Shown here in pieces: positions 1 through 9,909 of a stretch of 64,000 nt of DNA. This DNA comes from an uncultured Methanomassiliicoccales archaeon (GTDB lineage: Archaea; Thermoplasmatota; Thermoplasmata; Methanomassiliicoccales; UBA472), in contig OY968769.1 in assembly GCA_963695345.1 (NCBI GenBank), forward strand, positions 512,001 to 576,000. The letters are read 5' to 3'. The position numbers and the translations under genes were made by a program. Within the stretch, counting starts at the first letter, position 1. Each line of letters starts with the position of its first letter. The notes beneath the pieces are model-generated. The model made no database searches. It had not been told where the DNA came from and worked only from the letters and a program-made list of their open reading frames with translations.

Positions 1-183
1 GCGGTCAACTGGGCATTGAGGCAGATCGGCAAGAGGAATGTCCTGCTCCATGAGGCGGCGATTGGTGCCGCTGAATCGGTCAGGTCGCGGGGCACGAAGA
101 GCGCCCGTTGGATCGCCGCCGACGCGCTACGGGAGCTTAGATCGGAAAAAACCACCGCCATGGTAGGAAAGCGAAAGGGATGA
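1..183 (+). CDS. DNA alkylation repair protein (AlkD-like HEAT-repeat glycosylase), 3' part only
   Basis: Frame 1 reads AVNWALRQIGKRN...SARWIAADALREL, the typical AlkD-family C-terminus; TGA at 181-183; runs off the window start. Confidence 0.8.
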   Translation, partial: AVNWALRQIGKRNVLLHEAAIGAAESVRSRGTKSARWIAADALRELRSEKTTAMVGKRKG

Positions 184-294
184 ACCTTCAGCATGAACGC
201 ACCAGATCGTCCATGGTGCCTAGCGGAATGATGAACGCCACTCTTTATTAACGATGGTTTCCAATTAACCGACACGAACAGCAACACGATAAGG

Positions 295-1164
295 ATGATC
301 GCGATCGTATTGGCAGTATCCGCCACGCTGCCGGGCGCGTTCACCGTCATAGTGACGGTCCAGGACGGCAGTGAACAGCTCTCAAATATGTTCTCGACCA
401 GCCGCGCGAGCTTTCTCCGTTCTCAGCTGGCGAGAGCGCCGGGAGGACTAGCCTGGGATTACCTTCAAGGGGAGGATTTTCCGGTCCTCAAGGTGGAATG
501 GACGGCTTTCAACCAGAATATTCTGGATTCGAGGAATTCTCCGTTCTCGAGCTTTCAGTCGCTTATATATTCACACTGTGATAAAAGCACCATCTCCTAC
601 ACATTTGTGGGAACTATCGATCCCGCTCTACGGCAGCAGGCCTATTCCGAGACCGACCTGAACACTTTGTTTTCCAGAACGTTCAAGAATTCCAGCTCCA
701 ACGGTGTCGCCATTGTGCATATCGCCTTCCTTGCCGGATCGTTCTCCGACCCGGACGCCGTTGGTGTCTCTTTCGCAGGGGATCGTTTCGCCATCTTCGG
801 TGACACGCTTATCGATTTGTACCTGAGGGTCGCCATCGCCCATGAGATGGGACATCTCCTCGGCCTGGTGGCACCGTTGGGTGTCAATTCGATATACACC
901 CCGCAGAACGCAACGGAACATTATGACTCCGTAAATCCGCCACATTGCACATCGAATCCTTGTCTGATGCGACCAGTGGTAAGTCCGTCCGATGATACGT
1001 GCAGATACTGTGACGCCGACATGCTAGAACTTAGGAACTCGACAGCCCCCTATGCCGTCACTCAGGCGCAACCGGTTGTTAGAATTGGTCTGATAGCCGT
1101 CGGAGCGATCATCACCTTGGTGCTGGCGGTCCCGGCCATCATCCTCTTCAGAAAAAGATACTGA
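295..1164 (+). CDS. Membrane-anchored zinc metalloprotease (zincin)
   Basis: HEMGHLLGL zincin motif, downstream HC...CLM and C..C, N-terminal hydrophobic segment and C-terminal TM helix with basic tail. Confidence 0.7.
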   Translation: MIAIVLAVSATLPGAFTVIVTVQDGSEQLSNMFSTSRASFLRSQLARAPGGLAWDYLQGEDFPVLKVEWTAFNQNILDSRNSPFSSFQSLIYSHCDKSTISYTFVGTIDPALRQQAYSETDLNTLFSRTFKNSSSNGVAIVHIAFLAGSFSDPDAVGVSFAGDRFAIFGDTLIDLYLRVAIAHEMGHLLGLVAPLGVNSIYTPQNATEHYDSVNPPHCTSNPCLMRPVVSPSDDTCRYCDADMLELRNSTAPYAVTQAQPVVRIGLIAVGAIITLVLAVPAIILFRKRY

Positions 1165-1265
1165 TGGAACGAACCATGTTCAAATGAACGCGAGTGGTCA
1201 TCGAATGGCTTATGGGCCGCCGTCTTCTTTCTTTGGTATCGATTGCCATCCTCATTCCAGGATGA

Positions 1266-1739
1266 TCACGCGGAACTGTTGGACCTATCCGATCTTTTTG
1301 GCAGCGCAGATTTCAAGAAATCCTTGGCATCGTTGACCGGTCCTTCGTCCAAGTTGCCTTTCATGAAAGCGTCCAGGATATTCATCGCATTTATGACCAT
1401 GTTGAGCCGGCTCAGGTCGCCTTCAGAGAAAGTGTTGCTTCTTTCAATGACGGTCTGCAGGTAGACCAGGTTCTGTTTCATGACGAATGCGGTCTGCAAC
1501 ACCAGCATGATGCTGTCAATAGGCATGTTGTCGGGATGCTTCAAGGCCGCCTCCATCGTCTCCTCGATCGATTCCAGACCGGTGATGGTCGCCTCAATCG
1601 TGTCCTGGACATTCTTCATCATGTCCGGGTTCGCATCCCCTTCCAGCAACAAGTCTTCTCCCTGCAAATCAGTTACCGAGCCCACGATAGCCATTCTGGA
1701 TATTCTAACTTGCGCTGGAATTTCTCCGAAACGAAACAC
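1266..1739 (-). CDS. Hypothetical helical protein
   Basis: 157-aa ORF with protein-like composition; start uncertain; no motif recognised. Confidence 0.5.
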   Translation of the reverse strand: MFRFGEIPAQVRISRMAIVGSVTDLQGEDLLLEGDANPDMMKNVQDTIEATITGLESIEETMEAALKHPDNMPIDSIMLVLQTAFVMKQNLVYLQTVIERSNTFSEGDLSRLNMVINAMNILDAFMKGNLDEGPVNDAKDFLKSALPKRSDRSNSSA

Positions 1740-1886
1740 TGATGATTCTCAAAATGGTGCTGATAGATCACGGAATGTCGCGATCCCAATTCCCATCATT
1801 CGAGGGCTGCGGCTTGACCAGGATTGCACGCCGATATCCTGAAAGGATCTTACAAATAAATCTGTTAAATAGGATGTTCCAGTATC

Positions 1887-2453
1887 TTGGTGAAGACAAT
1901 CGTGGTGGTTGAGATGACCAAGAGCATGTTCCGTTATTCCACCAATATCGGGGAAATTGGAATGGCCGGAGATCGTGATTCGATAACGAACCTATGGTTT
2001 CACGATGAAAGGGCTCCTGTCGACGCGGTAGAACGGGAGACCGGCCTTATCTCCGATGCATATGGACAGTTATCGGAGTATCTATCTGGCAGAAGAAAAG
2101 CATTCTCGCTTCCCTTGGATCCAGCCGGGACCCCGTTCCAGAAAATGGTTTGGGAATGCCTGCGGGAGATACCATATGGTCGGACGCGGAGCTACGGCGA
2201 TGTAGCCAAGGACATAGGCTCGCCGCGGGCCTCCCGGGCGGTGGGGATGGCGAACGGCCGGAACCCGATATCGATCTTCATACCTTGTCACCGGGTGATC
2301 GGTGCCGATGGATGCCTTGCCGGCTATTCGGGAGGGTTGGACATCAAGGAGAAACTGCTTGACCTGGAGAAGTCATCATTCAAAGGGAATCCATTGTCCA
2401 AAATGAATACCGGAAGGAATTCGAAAGCGATACGGACCAGGGAGATTCAGTAA
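1887..2453 (+). CDS. ogt: Methylated-DNA-protein-cysteine S-methyltransferase
   Basis: GTPFQKMVW, RAVGMANGRNP and the PCHRV active-site motif. Confidence 0.95.
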   Translation: MVKTIVVVEMTKSMFRYSTNIGEIGMAGDRDSITNLWFHDERAPVDAVERETGLISDAYGQLSEYLSGRRKAFSLPLDPAGTPFQKMVWECLREIPYGRTRSYGDVAKDIGSPRASRAVGMANGRNPISIFIPCHRVIGADGCLAGYSGGLDIKEKLLDLEKSSFKGNPLSKMNTGRNSKAIRTREIQ

Positions 2454-3034
2454 TGCGTAGAAATGCCCTAGATCTTTTTGATCAACAGAAATGGGAAGCG
2501 ATTCAAAATGGAGATGCGGCCTTTGATGGCGTGTTCTTCTATGGCGTAAGGACAACTGGGGTCTATTGCCGTCCTTCGTGCAGATCGAAGACCCCTCTAA
2601 GGAAGAATGTGGAGTTCTTTGAAACTGTGGAGGAGGCTGAGAAAAGAGGGTTCCGGCCATGCAAACGATGCAAGCCTGACCTGTCCGAAAAGGACCGGGA
2701 AAACACCAAGGTCGACCAGCTCAAGAACGTGTGCGACAGCTATTTCAACGACCGGGAGCGCCTGTCGGTGGAATTGGAACGACTGGATATCCACCAGAAC
2801 CGAGTGATCCGCGAGTTCCATCGACAATATCACACGACCCCTTCCAAGTACATCAATGGACTGAGGGTGGCGAAGGCGGCAGTTTTGCTCCTAGAAACAG
2901 ACAAGAGCATGCTGCAGATCGCCTCGGAATGCGGTTTCGGGAGCGTGTCGAGCTTTTATTCACTATATAAGGCGCGGTTCGGGCGGACCCCGACCGAATC
3001 AAGGAGTTCCAAGTTAAAGGCAGGCAATGAGTGA
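2453..3034 (+). CDS. adaA: AdaA-like methylphosphotriester methyltransferase / AraC-family regulator
   Basis: Ada Zn domain TTGVYCRPSC...GFRPCKRC, then an AraC HTH (IASECGFGSVSSF...FGRTP); overlaps the ogt stop (TAATG). Confidence 0.88.
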   Translation: MRRNALDLFDQQKWEAIQNGDAAFDGVFFYGVRTTGVYCRPSCRSKTPLRKNVEFFETVEEAEKRGFRPCKRCKPDLSEKDRENTKVDQLKNVCDSYFNDRERLSVELERLDIHQNRVIREFHRQYHTTPSKYINGLRVAKAAVLLLETDKSMLQIASECGFGSVSSFYSLYKARFGRTPTESRSSKLKAGNE

Positions 3035-3237
3035 ACCATCCAACTTAAGGGCTCGATGATTCTTCTGACGACTGACAGAGCAGGTCGAAATGTCTCCAAA
3101 CGTTATGTCATCCATTACTAAAACATTCCGCGGAAAGATCTGGATCAATTTGTCCAATCTCCATAAACTGCGAATCTGTGAAAATAAAGTGGAAGGTGAA
3201 GAGCATTCTGCCCTGCACCCTCAGGGGGGTTTAGGAC

Positions 3238-3534
3238 TTAGGCAACGAGGCAGGATCCGTCCTTGAGGCGATCCTGATCCATCTGCTTGGTGCCAAGCAG
3301 ATCACCGGTCTGAGAATGACTCATGGTCCTAGCGCCAGTTTGTGATCCCGTCCCATCGCAGGTACGGTCCTGCGCATGTAGTTTGTCCATCGTTCTGTCA
3401 CAATCGCCGTTTCCGTTCGCGGATACATCGACTCCCTGTCCAGCCATTGCGGTCGAAACCCCAACGGCAACGAGTGATGCCACAGCCAGCGTTGCGAACG
3501 CCACGATCAGTATTGCACTTAGTTTGTGGGCCAT
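3238..3534 (-). CDS. Small secreted protein with QDR..DG(S)C repeats
   Basis: MAHKL start with AGGTGG SD, signal peptide, polar mature part with QDRTCDG and QDRLKDGSC. Confidence 0.7.
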   Translation of the reverse strand: MAHKLSAILIVAFATLAVASLVAVGVSTAMAGQGVDVSANGNGDCDRTMDKLHAQDRTCDGTGSQTGARTMSHSQTGDLLGTKQMDQDRLKDGSCLVA

Positions 3535-3582
3535 CTGTTTCCACCTAATGACCTCATTAAACAGCACTAACTAAGGCCTTTA

Positions 3583-3621
3583 TGGTGCAAGAGTCGAACC
3601 TATTGGTGCAGTCATCGAACA
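3583..3621 (-). promoter_or_regulatory. Tandem GTTCGA-N3-TYGNAC-CA boxes (21-bp period) upstream of the small secreted protein
   Basis: Minus strand TGTTCGATGACTGCACCA-ata-GGTTCGACTCTTGCACCA; same pair at 4546 and 6100. Confidence 0.7.
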
Positions 3622-3663
3622 GATAATGGAGTGCCTAGAAAGACTAGAATCTGCTATGCGATC

Positions 3664-4194
3664 TCACTTTTCCCCACCTAATTTACTCCAGATATCGGCG
3701 AAACGGTCCACAGCATCACATGATAAGCTCTCTTGGATGCCGATAAGAAGGTCGGCCACCCGATCCCCATCCTCGACCCGGTAGACCATTACCTTCTCCA
3801 TCTTGCTGACGTCTATCACCCTGATCCCCCTCAATCGCTTTAGATGATATGAGAGGGTGGACTTTGCAACGTCCATCTCAGCCTGTAGGTCTTGGAAGCT
3901 TGTGGGGCCATGGACCAAGAGGTGAATCAATATCTTCCGGGGGGAGTCTTGGCGCAACGCCCCCAGGGTGCGTCGGTCTTTCTCGATGAATCGGTCTGAA
4001 ATAAAGTACATTTTACGATGGCCGTCGTCCTCCGCCCGCACCAGTTTTCTCTTTTCAAGATAATCTAGGTGATATGAAAGGAGGCCTGGTTGCATGTTCA
4101 GAGATCTCTCCATCTCTCTCACATGAGTACCTGGATTAGCTGATATCATCTCGTAGATGCGACGACGATTCTCCAGGTTCAGCGCCTCTTCCAT
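3664..4194 (-). CDS. Double winged-helix transcriptional regulator (ArsR/MarR-like)
   Basis: Two wHTH units: RRRIYEMISANPG..LSYHLDYLE and RKILIHLL..KSTLSYHLKRL. Confidence 0.85.
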   Translation of the reverse strand: MEEALNLENRRRIYEMISANPGTHVREMERSLNMQPGLLSYHLDYLEKRKLVRAEDDGHRKMYFISDRFIEKDRRTLGALRQDSPRKILIHLLVHGPTSFQDLQAEMDVAKSTLSYHLKRLRGIRVIDVSKMEKVMVYRVEDGDRVADLLIGIQESLSCDAVDRFADIWSKLGGEK

Positions 4195-4200
4195 CTTCCT

Positions 4201-4464
4201 TCATCTCTTGAGCACTGCAAAGTACAGAGAGAGCAGGATTCCGAGATTCAGGAGCACTAGATATGAGCTCATCTGCAAGTCCTTCCAATCAAAGAATGGC
4301 GCAACTAGGACGAGAAGAGCAAGCAGTGAATAGAGGGCGAAAGCAACAGCGACTATTGCCAACCTTGGTTCCTTATGACGGCGATAAGCCTTTAATGACA
4401 CAGCCATGAGCACGAATGCGAAACCCGCCAAGCAGGAGCTTAAGAAAAGGTCTATTGGCGTCAC
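4201..4464 (-). CDS. Small three-TM membrane protein co-transcribed with the wHTH regulator
   Basis: Three hydrophobic helices with an AYRR loop; probable GTG start near 4464; 6 bp from the regulator. Confidence 0.7.
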   Translation of the reverse strand: MTPIDLFLSSCLAGFAFVLMAVSLKAYRRHKEPRLAIVAVAFALYSLLALLVLVAPFFDWKDLQMSSYLVLLNLGILLSLYFAVLKR

Positions 4465-4545
4465 GACACGTATAAACCAGTGATGGATAAAAATCATTTG
4501 CATCCTAGATCTGGTTTGGCCGAAAGTCGAATCCGACCGATGAGG

Positions 4546-4584
4546 TGTTCGACATATGGACCATTTTGTTCGACGTTCGTACCA
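4546..4584 (+). promoter_or_regulatory. Tandem GTTCGA boxes upstream of exported protein 1
   Basis: TGTTCGACATATGGACCA-ttt-TGTTCGACGTTCGTACCA followed by CAAAACGAATAA. Confidence 0.7.
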
Positions 4585-4622
4585 CAAAACGAATAAGCCT
4601 CATCTACCTCTGAGATTGAAAT

Positions 4623-5910
4623 ATGACACTAAAGAGAGCATGGTTAAGATCATTCGCAATAGTCACAGTATTGTTGATGCTTCTTAGCATGCCAACATCA
4701 TTGGTTTTGGCAGCCGGTGACAATGGCCAGAGCAATGGTGGCCAGATGGGCACTGGAGGCAACGACGGAGGCGACTCGTCCGGACTGGTGTCCCAAGGCG
4801 GTAGGCGGATGAACCAGACAGAAGAGACTGTACACCTCCAGCAAATGAGTGGTGAAGGCGCGCGCCTAGGTCTGTTTGGAGGATTCGATCGGAACAACTC
4901 AGAGTTCAAAGGTCGGTTCCTTTCCGTTCAGCTCAACGAAACATCAGGGTCATTGACGAACTATACCGTCATGACGTCTGGAGGGAACGAGACCTTGTTC
5001 TCGCTGATCAACCTCAAGGGTTTCATTCCCAGTAGCATCAGCACCACGGGCACGCTGCTCGTTGAGCGGGATTCGAATGCCTCGATCGTTGTTCATGACA
5101 ATCCAGTGGCTCTGTTACATATGAGCTCGAATCGTTCGATGCAGAGTGCAAATTTCACGCTGGCATCAGGGATTTCAGCTGTTGTGTTACCCACGAATGG
5201 CAATGAAACCAATATCTCATACGCATGGATCAGCGGAACGGGCATCCAAGGGATTCTGATGGTCAGGAATGGCACTCTGGTGACCGAGAAGGATGGGACC
5301 GGAGCAACGACCATTGTAGCCAACTCGTCCGATATCATGCTCCGGATGAAACCATCGATGATAAAGGGATATAATGCGATGAACGAAGCTGTTCAGACAG
5401 CCATTGCCAACGGAATGGTAGCTGGAGAACTATCGTTGATGGTCAGGAATGGCAGCGCAATGTTCGACCTTCTGCAATACCAGACAGGATTTATGCTGGA
5501 GGTGAAGCAGGCATCCGAGAACCACATTCAGCTGATTGCCTCTTCAAACGAGCATAAGGGCAGGGTGGCCATAATCAACCTGGACCGGGGCACGTTCGAT
5601 ACCCGAACGGACAGACGACATCGTTATCACTCTAGATGGGAAGACCATATTACAGACCAAGAACCCTCTGGATGTCCTGAGCAATTCCGGTTCTAATGAT
5701 AGCGACGCGGTCTACTGTATAGAAACCACCCCCAATGGTTCACAGATAATGATCTACGTTCCGAGTTTCTCGATCCATGAACTGGACATCTCAAGCGTAT
5801 CCCCATTGGCTAGTGTGTTGGGCATCACTGGGTTGATGGCTTTCCTGGGAGCAATTGCGACCGTTGGATTGGCTACCTACCTATTGTTTGGCCGGAAGGG
5901 CAAGAATTAG
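4623..5910 (+). CDS. Exported, C-terminally anchored surface glycoprotein (paralog 1), one frameshift near 5600
   Basis: Signal peptide and many N-x-S/T sequons. A second frame continues DIVITLDG...IYVPSFSIHEL...TM-RKGKN-TAG(5908-5910), matching the end of the 6183 paralog. Confidence 0.75.
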
Positions 5911-6099
5911 GTAGAACCCGGCAATTTGACTTTTTTCTTTCATCTCTGATCAGAATCAATAATCTGTTGCATGTCCGAGTTCCCTAATCCAGGGTGTTTT
6001 ATCAGCCATGATTCTTTTCTAAGACGTCAGGATATGTTGGAGGGAATCGAAGAATATGTGTCATTTAGAAAATGCTCCGTAGTAATTGACCTTCAACCT

Positions 6100-6138
6100 T
6101 GTTCGAGGATCGAACCAATGTGTTCGAAATTTGCACCA
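6100..6138 (+). promoter_or_regulatory. Tandem GTTCGA boxes upstream of exported protein 2
   Basis: TGTTCGAGGATCGAACCA-atg-TGTTCGAAATTTGCACCA followed by AAAAACGCTTAA. Confidence 0.7.
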
Positions 6139-6182
6139 AAAAACGCTTAACGGGCCTTAACGGTCGATGACCCAGTGATAAA

Positions 6183-7454
6183 ATGAGGCTAGCAAGATAC
6201 AATTTGATGATACCTGTGATTGCTATCGCTTTGATTTTCTCAGCGATATTGCCAATGGTATCAGCTGATGCTGGGTCAGGCGGCAAGGACCTGAATGACC
6301 AGAGTAATGACTATAAATGGAATTGGACTGAAGCCAATACATCGGAATATGGTACGGGATATTTGAACCAGGGTGGAAAGCTATCTCAAAATGACCTGGA
6401 ATGGATGCTAAAGGAAGGAGCTAGGTATGGCATGATGGCTCAGCTGAACTACTCCAATGGAGTGATCAAAGGTGATTTCATCTCGTTACAGGTTAACGAG
6501 ACCACTGGGATGATCACGAACTTTAGCCTTATCATGGGTGATGAAGAAATCGTGGTTTTTGACTCGATAAATGTTATCGGTTTCATACCTGAAGGGGTTT
6601 CTATCCAAGGTTCAATAATGTTGATCGAGGGGGGATCCGTTCAGATCATGATCCATGATAATCCCACAGGCATGATTCATATTGTCTCGAACGGCACCGT
6701 GGCTACTGTTACCTTAATCGTATCAGAAAACGTCCAGGTGAGCGACGGCGCAGGGATCGATGATAGAGAATATGTGAACATCGACGGTGCCGGGATCGAT
6801 GCTGTACTCGCCACCGATAACGGAACGATATTGATGGACGAAAATGCAGCCCAGAAATATCTGAATGTTACCTTCGGGGACCATCTGATGTTTAAGGCGA
6901 CCCCCTCGTTTACAAACAGGAACATGGAAAACGAGCGAGCGTTGATGAAGGCGTTCGTACAGTCACAACTGGCAGGAGAGATCTCCGTCCTCGTGAGGAA
7001 CGACACAGCCATTTACAACACCATGCAGTACCAAAACCAGTTCAGGATCAATCTTATGGAAGCGCAGCAGAACCGTATCATGTTGCAGGTTTCCTCCGAT
7101 GACCATGAAGGGAGACTGGTTGTAATGACCATGGACAAGGAGACTTTAGAACTCCAGAACAGAGAGCTTATGGTGAAGATGGATGGAACGGCGATAAGGG
7201 AAGGGTCCCTTTCGGATGTGCTCAATGCAAACGGACAGCAAGGAGTGAATGCGACATTCTGTTTGCTCGCTCAGGGGGACATCTCCCAGGTCCTAGTTTA
7301 CTTCCCTAGCTTCTCGACGCATTCCTTAAGCGTAGAGGCCGTGGTTGCAGACACGAATGCGAATATCTTCGGACAGATGGACCTGATCATTCTGATCGCA
7401 GTCATGGGTGTAATAGGAGTCGTAGCGATTGTTCTGATAAAGCGTCACCGCTGA
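6183..7454 (+). CDS. Exported, C-terminally anchored surface glycoprotein (paralog 2)
   Basis: Signal peptide; motifs shared with the 4623 gene (EGARxG, GxF.S.Q.NETxG, HDNP, AGExS..VRN, YxPSFSxH); C-terminal TM plus KRHR. Confidence 0.8.
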   Translation: MRLARYNLMIPVIAIALIFSAILPMVSADAGSGGKDLNDQSNDYKWNWTEANTSEYGTGYLNQGGKLSQNDLEWMLKEGARYGMMAQLNYSNGVIKGDFISLQVNETTGMITNFSLIMGDEEIVVFDSINVIGFIPEGVSIQGSIMLIEGGSVQIMIHDNPTGMIHIVSNGTVATVTLIVSENVQVSDGAGIDDREYVNIDGAGIDAVLATDNGTILMDENAAQKYLNVTFGDHLMFKATPSFTNRNMENERALMKAFVQSQLAGEISVLVRNDTAIYNTMQYQNQFRINLMEAQQNRIMLQVSSDDHEGRLVVMTMDKETLELQNRELMVKMDGTAIREGSLSDVLNANGQQGVNATFCLLAQGDISQVLVYFPSFSTHSLSVEAVVADTNANIFGQMDLIILIAVMGVIGVVAIVLIKRHR

Positions 7455-7741
7455 ATTGGGTCGAAACCATTTCCCATTTTATTATTGACTATAAAATAAA
7501 TTTTCTCCCTGAAAGCCATCCTCGACATTTGATATAAGAGGATCGTGGACGTGACAAGAACGTGCTCCGGCGGCACCTCGTGCGATGGACACGGCTCGAC
7601 GGCGATGACCGAGAAGGGCAAGAGGTGTATCAGATCTCTAATGCCCAATGGAGGGTTCACCCATCAGTAAGATATGACACATCCAGATGTGAAGAGTGAC
7701 GCTATAGAAAAAAATCTCAGAACACTTTCAATAATTAGAGG

Positions 7742-7816
7742 CGGACGAGAGGGGATTCGAACCCCCGACCTGCAGCTTAGGAGGCTGCTGCCATATCCAG
7801 TCTAGGCCACTCGTCC
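7742..7816 (-). tRNA. tRNA-Arg(CCT)
   Basis: Reverse complement GGACGAGTGGCCTAGACTGGATATGGCAGCAGCCTCCTAAGCTGCAGGTCGGGGGTTCGAATCCCCTCTCGTCCG folds as a cloverleaf; anticodon CCT. Confidence 0.95.
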
Positions 7817-7873
7817 ATACGAAGGAGTTTGGTAAAGCGTTTCAACATGCAAGGGGAGATAGGGAACTGAAAT

Positions 7874-8641
7874 TCAGCTCTTGTCCTCTTCGGAGCCGAG
7901 CTCCTCGGGGGCCTTCTCTTCGGCCTTAGCCTCGTCCTTCTTGACGTACTCCTCGATCAGGTCCACGGTGACCTTGCCGAAGAGCTCGCGGAGGTCGGCT
8001 ACGACCTTGTACTTGGCCATCGTCCACTTGGAGTCGTACTTGCATACGTCCGGCAGGACCAGCTTGACGACGTCGTCGTCCTTGGTGATGATGAAGCCTT
8101 CGGATGTCCCGTAGTCCATCTCGAGCATCGCCTTGACCTTGTTCTCGTCGCCCTCGATCTTCTCCACGATGGTGAAGACATACTTTAGGGATTGCCCGGC
8201 GAAGCGCCTGTTGAAATCGACCTTGACGCGGCCGGCGGAGACCGAGGTGATGATACCGGTCTTGTTGTGCATGTTGACCTCCATGCCCGGGTGCGGCTCG
8301 ACGTCCTGCTTAAGGAACTCGCGTACCGAGTGTACCTCGACCAGCTTCGGGTCCCTTGGCCCAGCCGCCTTCTCCGGCGGGATGATGACCTCGGTCTCCT
8401 TACCGACCTCGGCTCCGATCAGGGCCTCGTCCAGTCCCTCGAAGATGCGGCCACCGCCGACGAGCAAGGGCATCGGGGCGTAGGTGAACTTCTCGTTGAA
8501 GATACCTGCTTCCTTGGCGCTCTCCTCTTTCGTGGTGTCGATCATTTCGTTGGTGTCGACGGTCCATGCGTTGTACTCGATCCTGATGATGTCGCCCTTG
8601 GCAACCTGTGCAGAGTTTTCAGTTGACATGAAATTCACCAT
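7874..8641 (-). CDS. slyD: Long-type FKBP peptidyl-prolyl isomerase (SlyD family)
   Basis: KGDIIRIEY, GLDEALIG, IPPEKAAG, VDFNRRFAG plus the archaeal C-terminal domain. Confidence 0.9.
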   Translation of the reverse strand: MVNFMSTENSAQVAKGDIIRIEYNAWTVDTNEMIDTTKEESAKEAGIFNEKFTYAPMPLLVGGGRIFEGLDEALIGAEVGKETEVIIPPEKAAGPRDPKLVEVHSVREFLKQDVEPHPGMEVNMHNKTGIITSVSAGRVKVDFNRRFAGQSLKYVFTIVEKIEGDENKVKAMLEMDYGTSEGFIITKDDDVVKLVLPDVCKYDSKWTMAKYKVVADLRELFGKVTVDLIEEYVKKDEAKAEEKAPEELGSEEDKS

Positions 8642-8793
8642 GAAATTAGTCGTCTGATTTGACTCCCTTCAATGAATGATTGTTCTTATAAGTTTTGGTA
8701 TCCACGGGTTTGGATAGATCTTTGTCGAGTGAAAACTGGGTGGATTTGGAAACGCCTGGAATAGTACCTTCCCGAAGGACGAGCGGTCAGCGT

Positions 8794-9909
8794 TCATATT
8801 TTTGTGAACGATTCCACCGTACTCCTGCCCAGGACTTTGGCGAGCTCAAGACATAGCTTGGCCAAGTTCTCCTGGTCCTGCAGGTCGAACACACCGACGT
8901 GCGAGTGGATGTGCCTTACCGGAATCCCGACTGCGATCGTGGGAACCCCGGTATTGGCCACATGGATCGCCATTCCGTCGGTGCTTCCCCCTTTCACGTA
9001 CGAGAGCTGGTATGGTATCCTCTTTTTCTTACAGACGGAGATGACCAGCTCCTTGAGGGGCTGATTGGGGATCATGCCGCCATCCCAAACGGTGATGGCC
9101 GGCCCGCTTCCCATGCGCACCGGGGCCTGGATAGGGTCAATGCCGGGAACGTCCCCGGCAATGTCCACGTCGACTATGATGGCGACGTCCGGACGCACGC
9201 TATTAGCGACGGTCTTAGCTCCCCGAGTTCCGACCTCCTCCTGGACGGTGCAGGCCGCCACCACCTTGTTCGGATGTTGGATGTCATTCTCCTTCAGGGA
9301 CCGGACCAGGTCCAGGACAGTGCAGACACCCAGGCGGTCATCGAACGCCTTTCCCATGGCCAAGGTCCTCTTCCCAGCCTTCTTTCCGTCCTTGAACGCG
9401 GTCTTAGTGAACCAATTGAAACGGCTATCCGGTACGATGCAGTCGCCGAGCCTGACCCCTCGTTCCTCGACCTCCTCCTTGTTCGCGCACCCGATGTCGA
9501 TGAACATCTTGTCCTTGGTGACGACCTTCTTGATCTCCTCCGCCTCCATCAGGTGCGGGGGCTTGGATGCAATCACTCCGTTGATGGGTCCCTTGTTGGT
9601 CATGGCGACCACTCTCTGACCCAGAAGTACCTGGTCGAACCATCCGCCCAACTGGTTGAAGGTGAGATAACCGTGGGATCCGATGCCCGTCACTATGAAG
9701 CCGCATTCGTCCATGTGCGCTGCGAAAAGTACAGTGGGGCCTTCACTCCCATTCTTCTCGAACATTAGGTTACCGATATTGTCGTTGTAGACCCTGTCGG
9801 CGTATCCGGAAGCATAATCCTTGCAGACGAGCGCTACGTTCCTTTCGAAACCGGAAGGGCCAGGGACGTTGCTCAGTTCTTCGATCAATTTCAGAGATTT
9901 CTTATCCAT
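8794..9909 (-). CDS. M42 family (TET) aminopeptidase
   Basis: AAHMDE, KAFDDRLG, TVQEEVG, GGSTDG, RHIHS; likely start MDKKS at 9909. Confidence 0.92.
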   Translation of the reverse strand: MDKKSLKLIEELSNVPGPSGFERNVALVCKDYASGYADRVYNDNIGNLMFEKNGSEGPTVLFAAHMDECGFIVTGIGSHGYLTFNQLGGWFDQVLLGQRVVAMTNKGPINGVIASKPPHLMEAEEIKKVVTKDKMFIDIGCANKEEVEERGVRLGDCIVPDSRFNWFTKTAFKDGKKAGKRTLAMGKAFDDRLGVCTVLDLVRSLKENDIQHPNKVVAACTVQEEVGTRGAKTVANSVRPDVAIIVDVDIAGDVPGIDPIQAPVRMGSGPAITVWDGGMIPNQPLKELVISVCKKKRIPYQLSYVKGGSTDGMAIHVANTGVPTIAVGIPVRHIHSHVGVFDLQDQENLAKLCLELAKVLGRSTVESFTKI

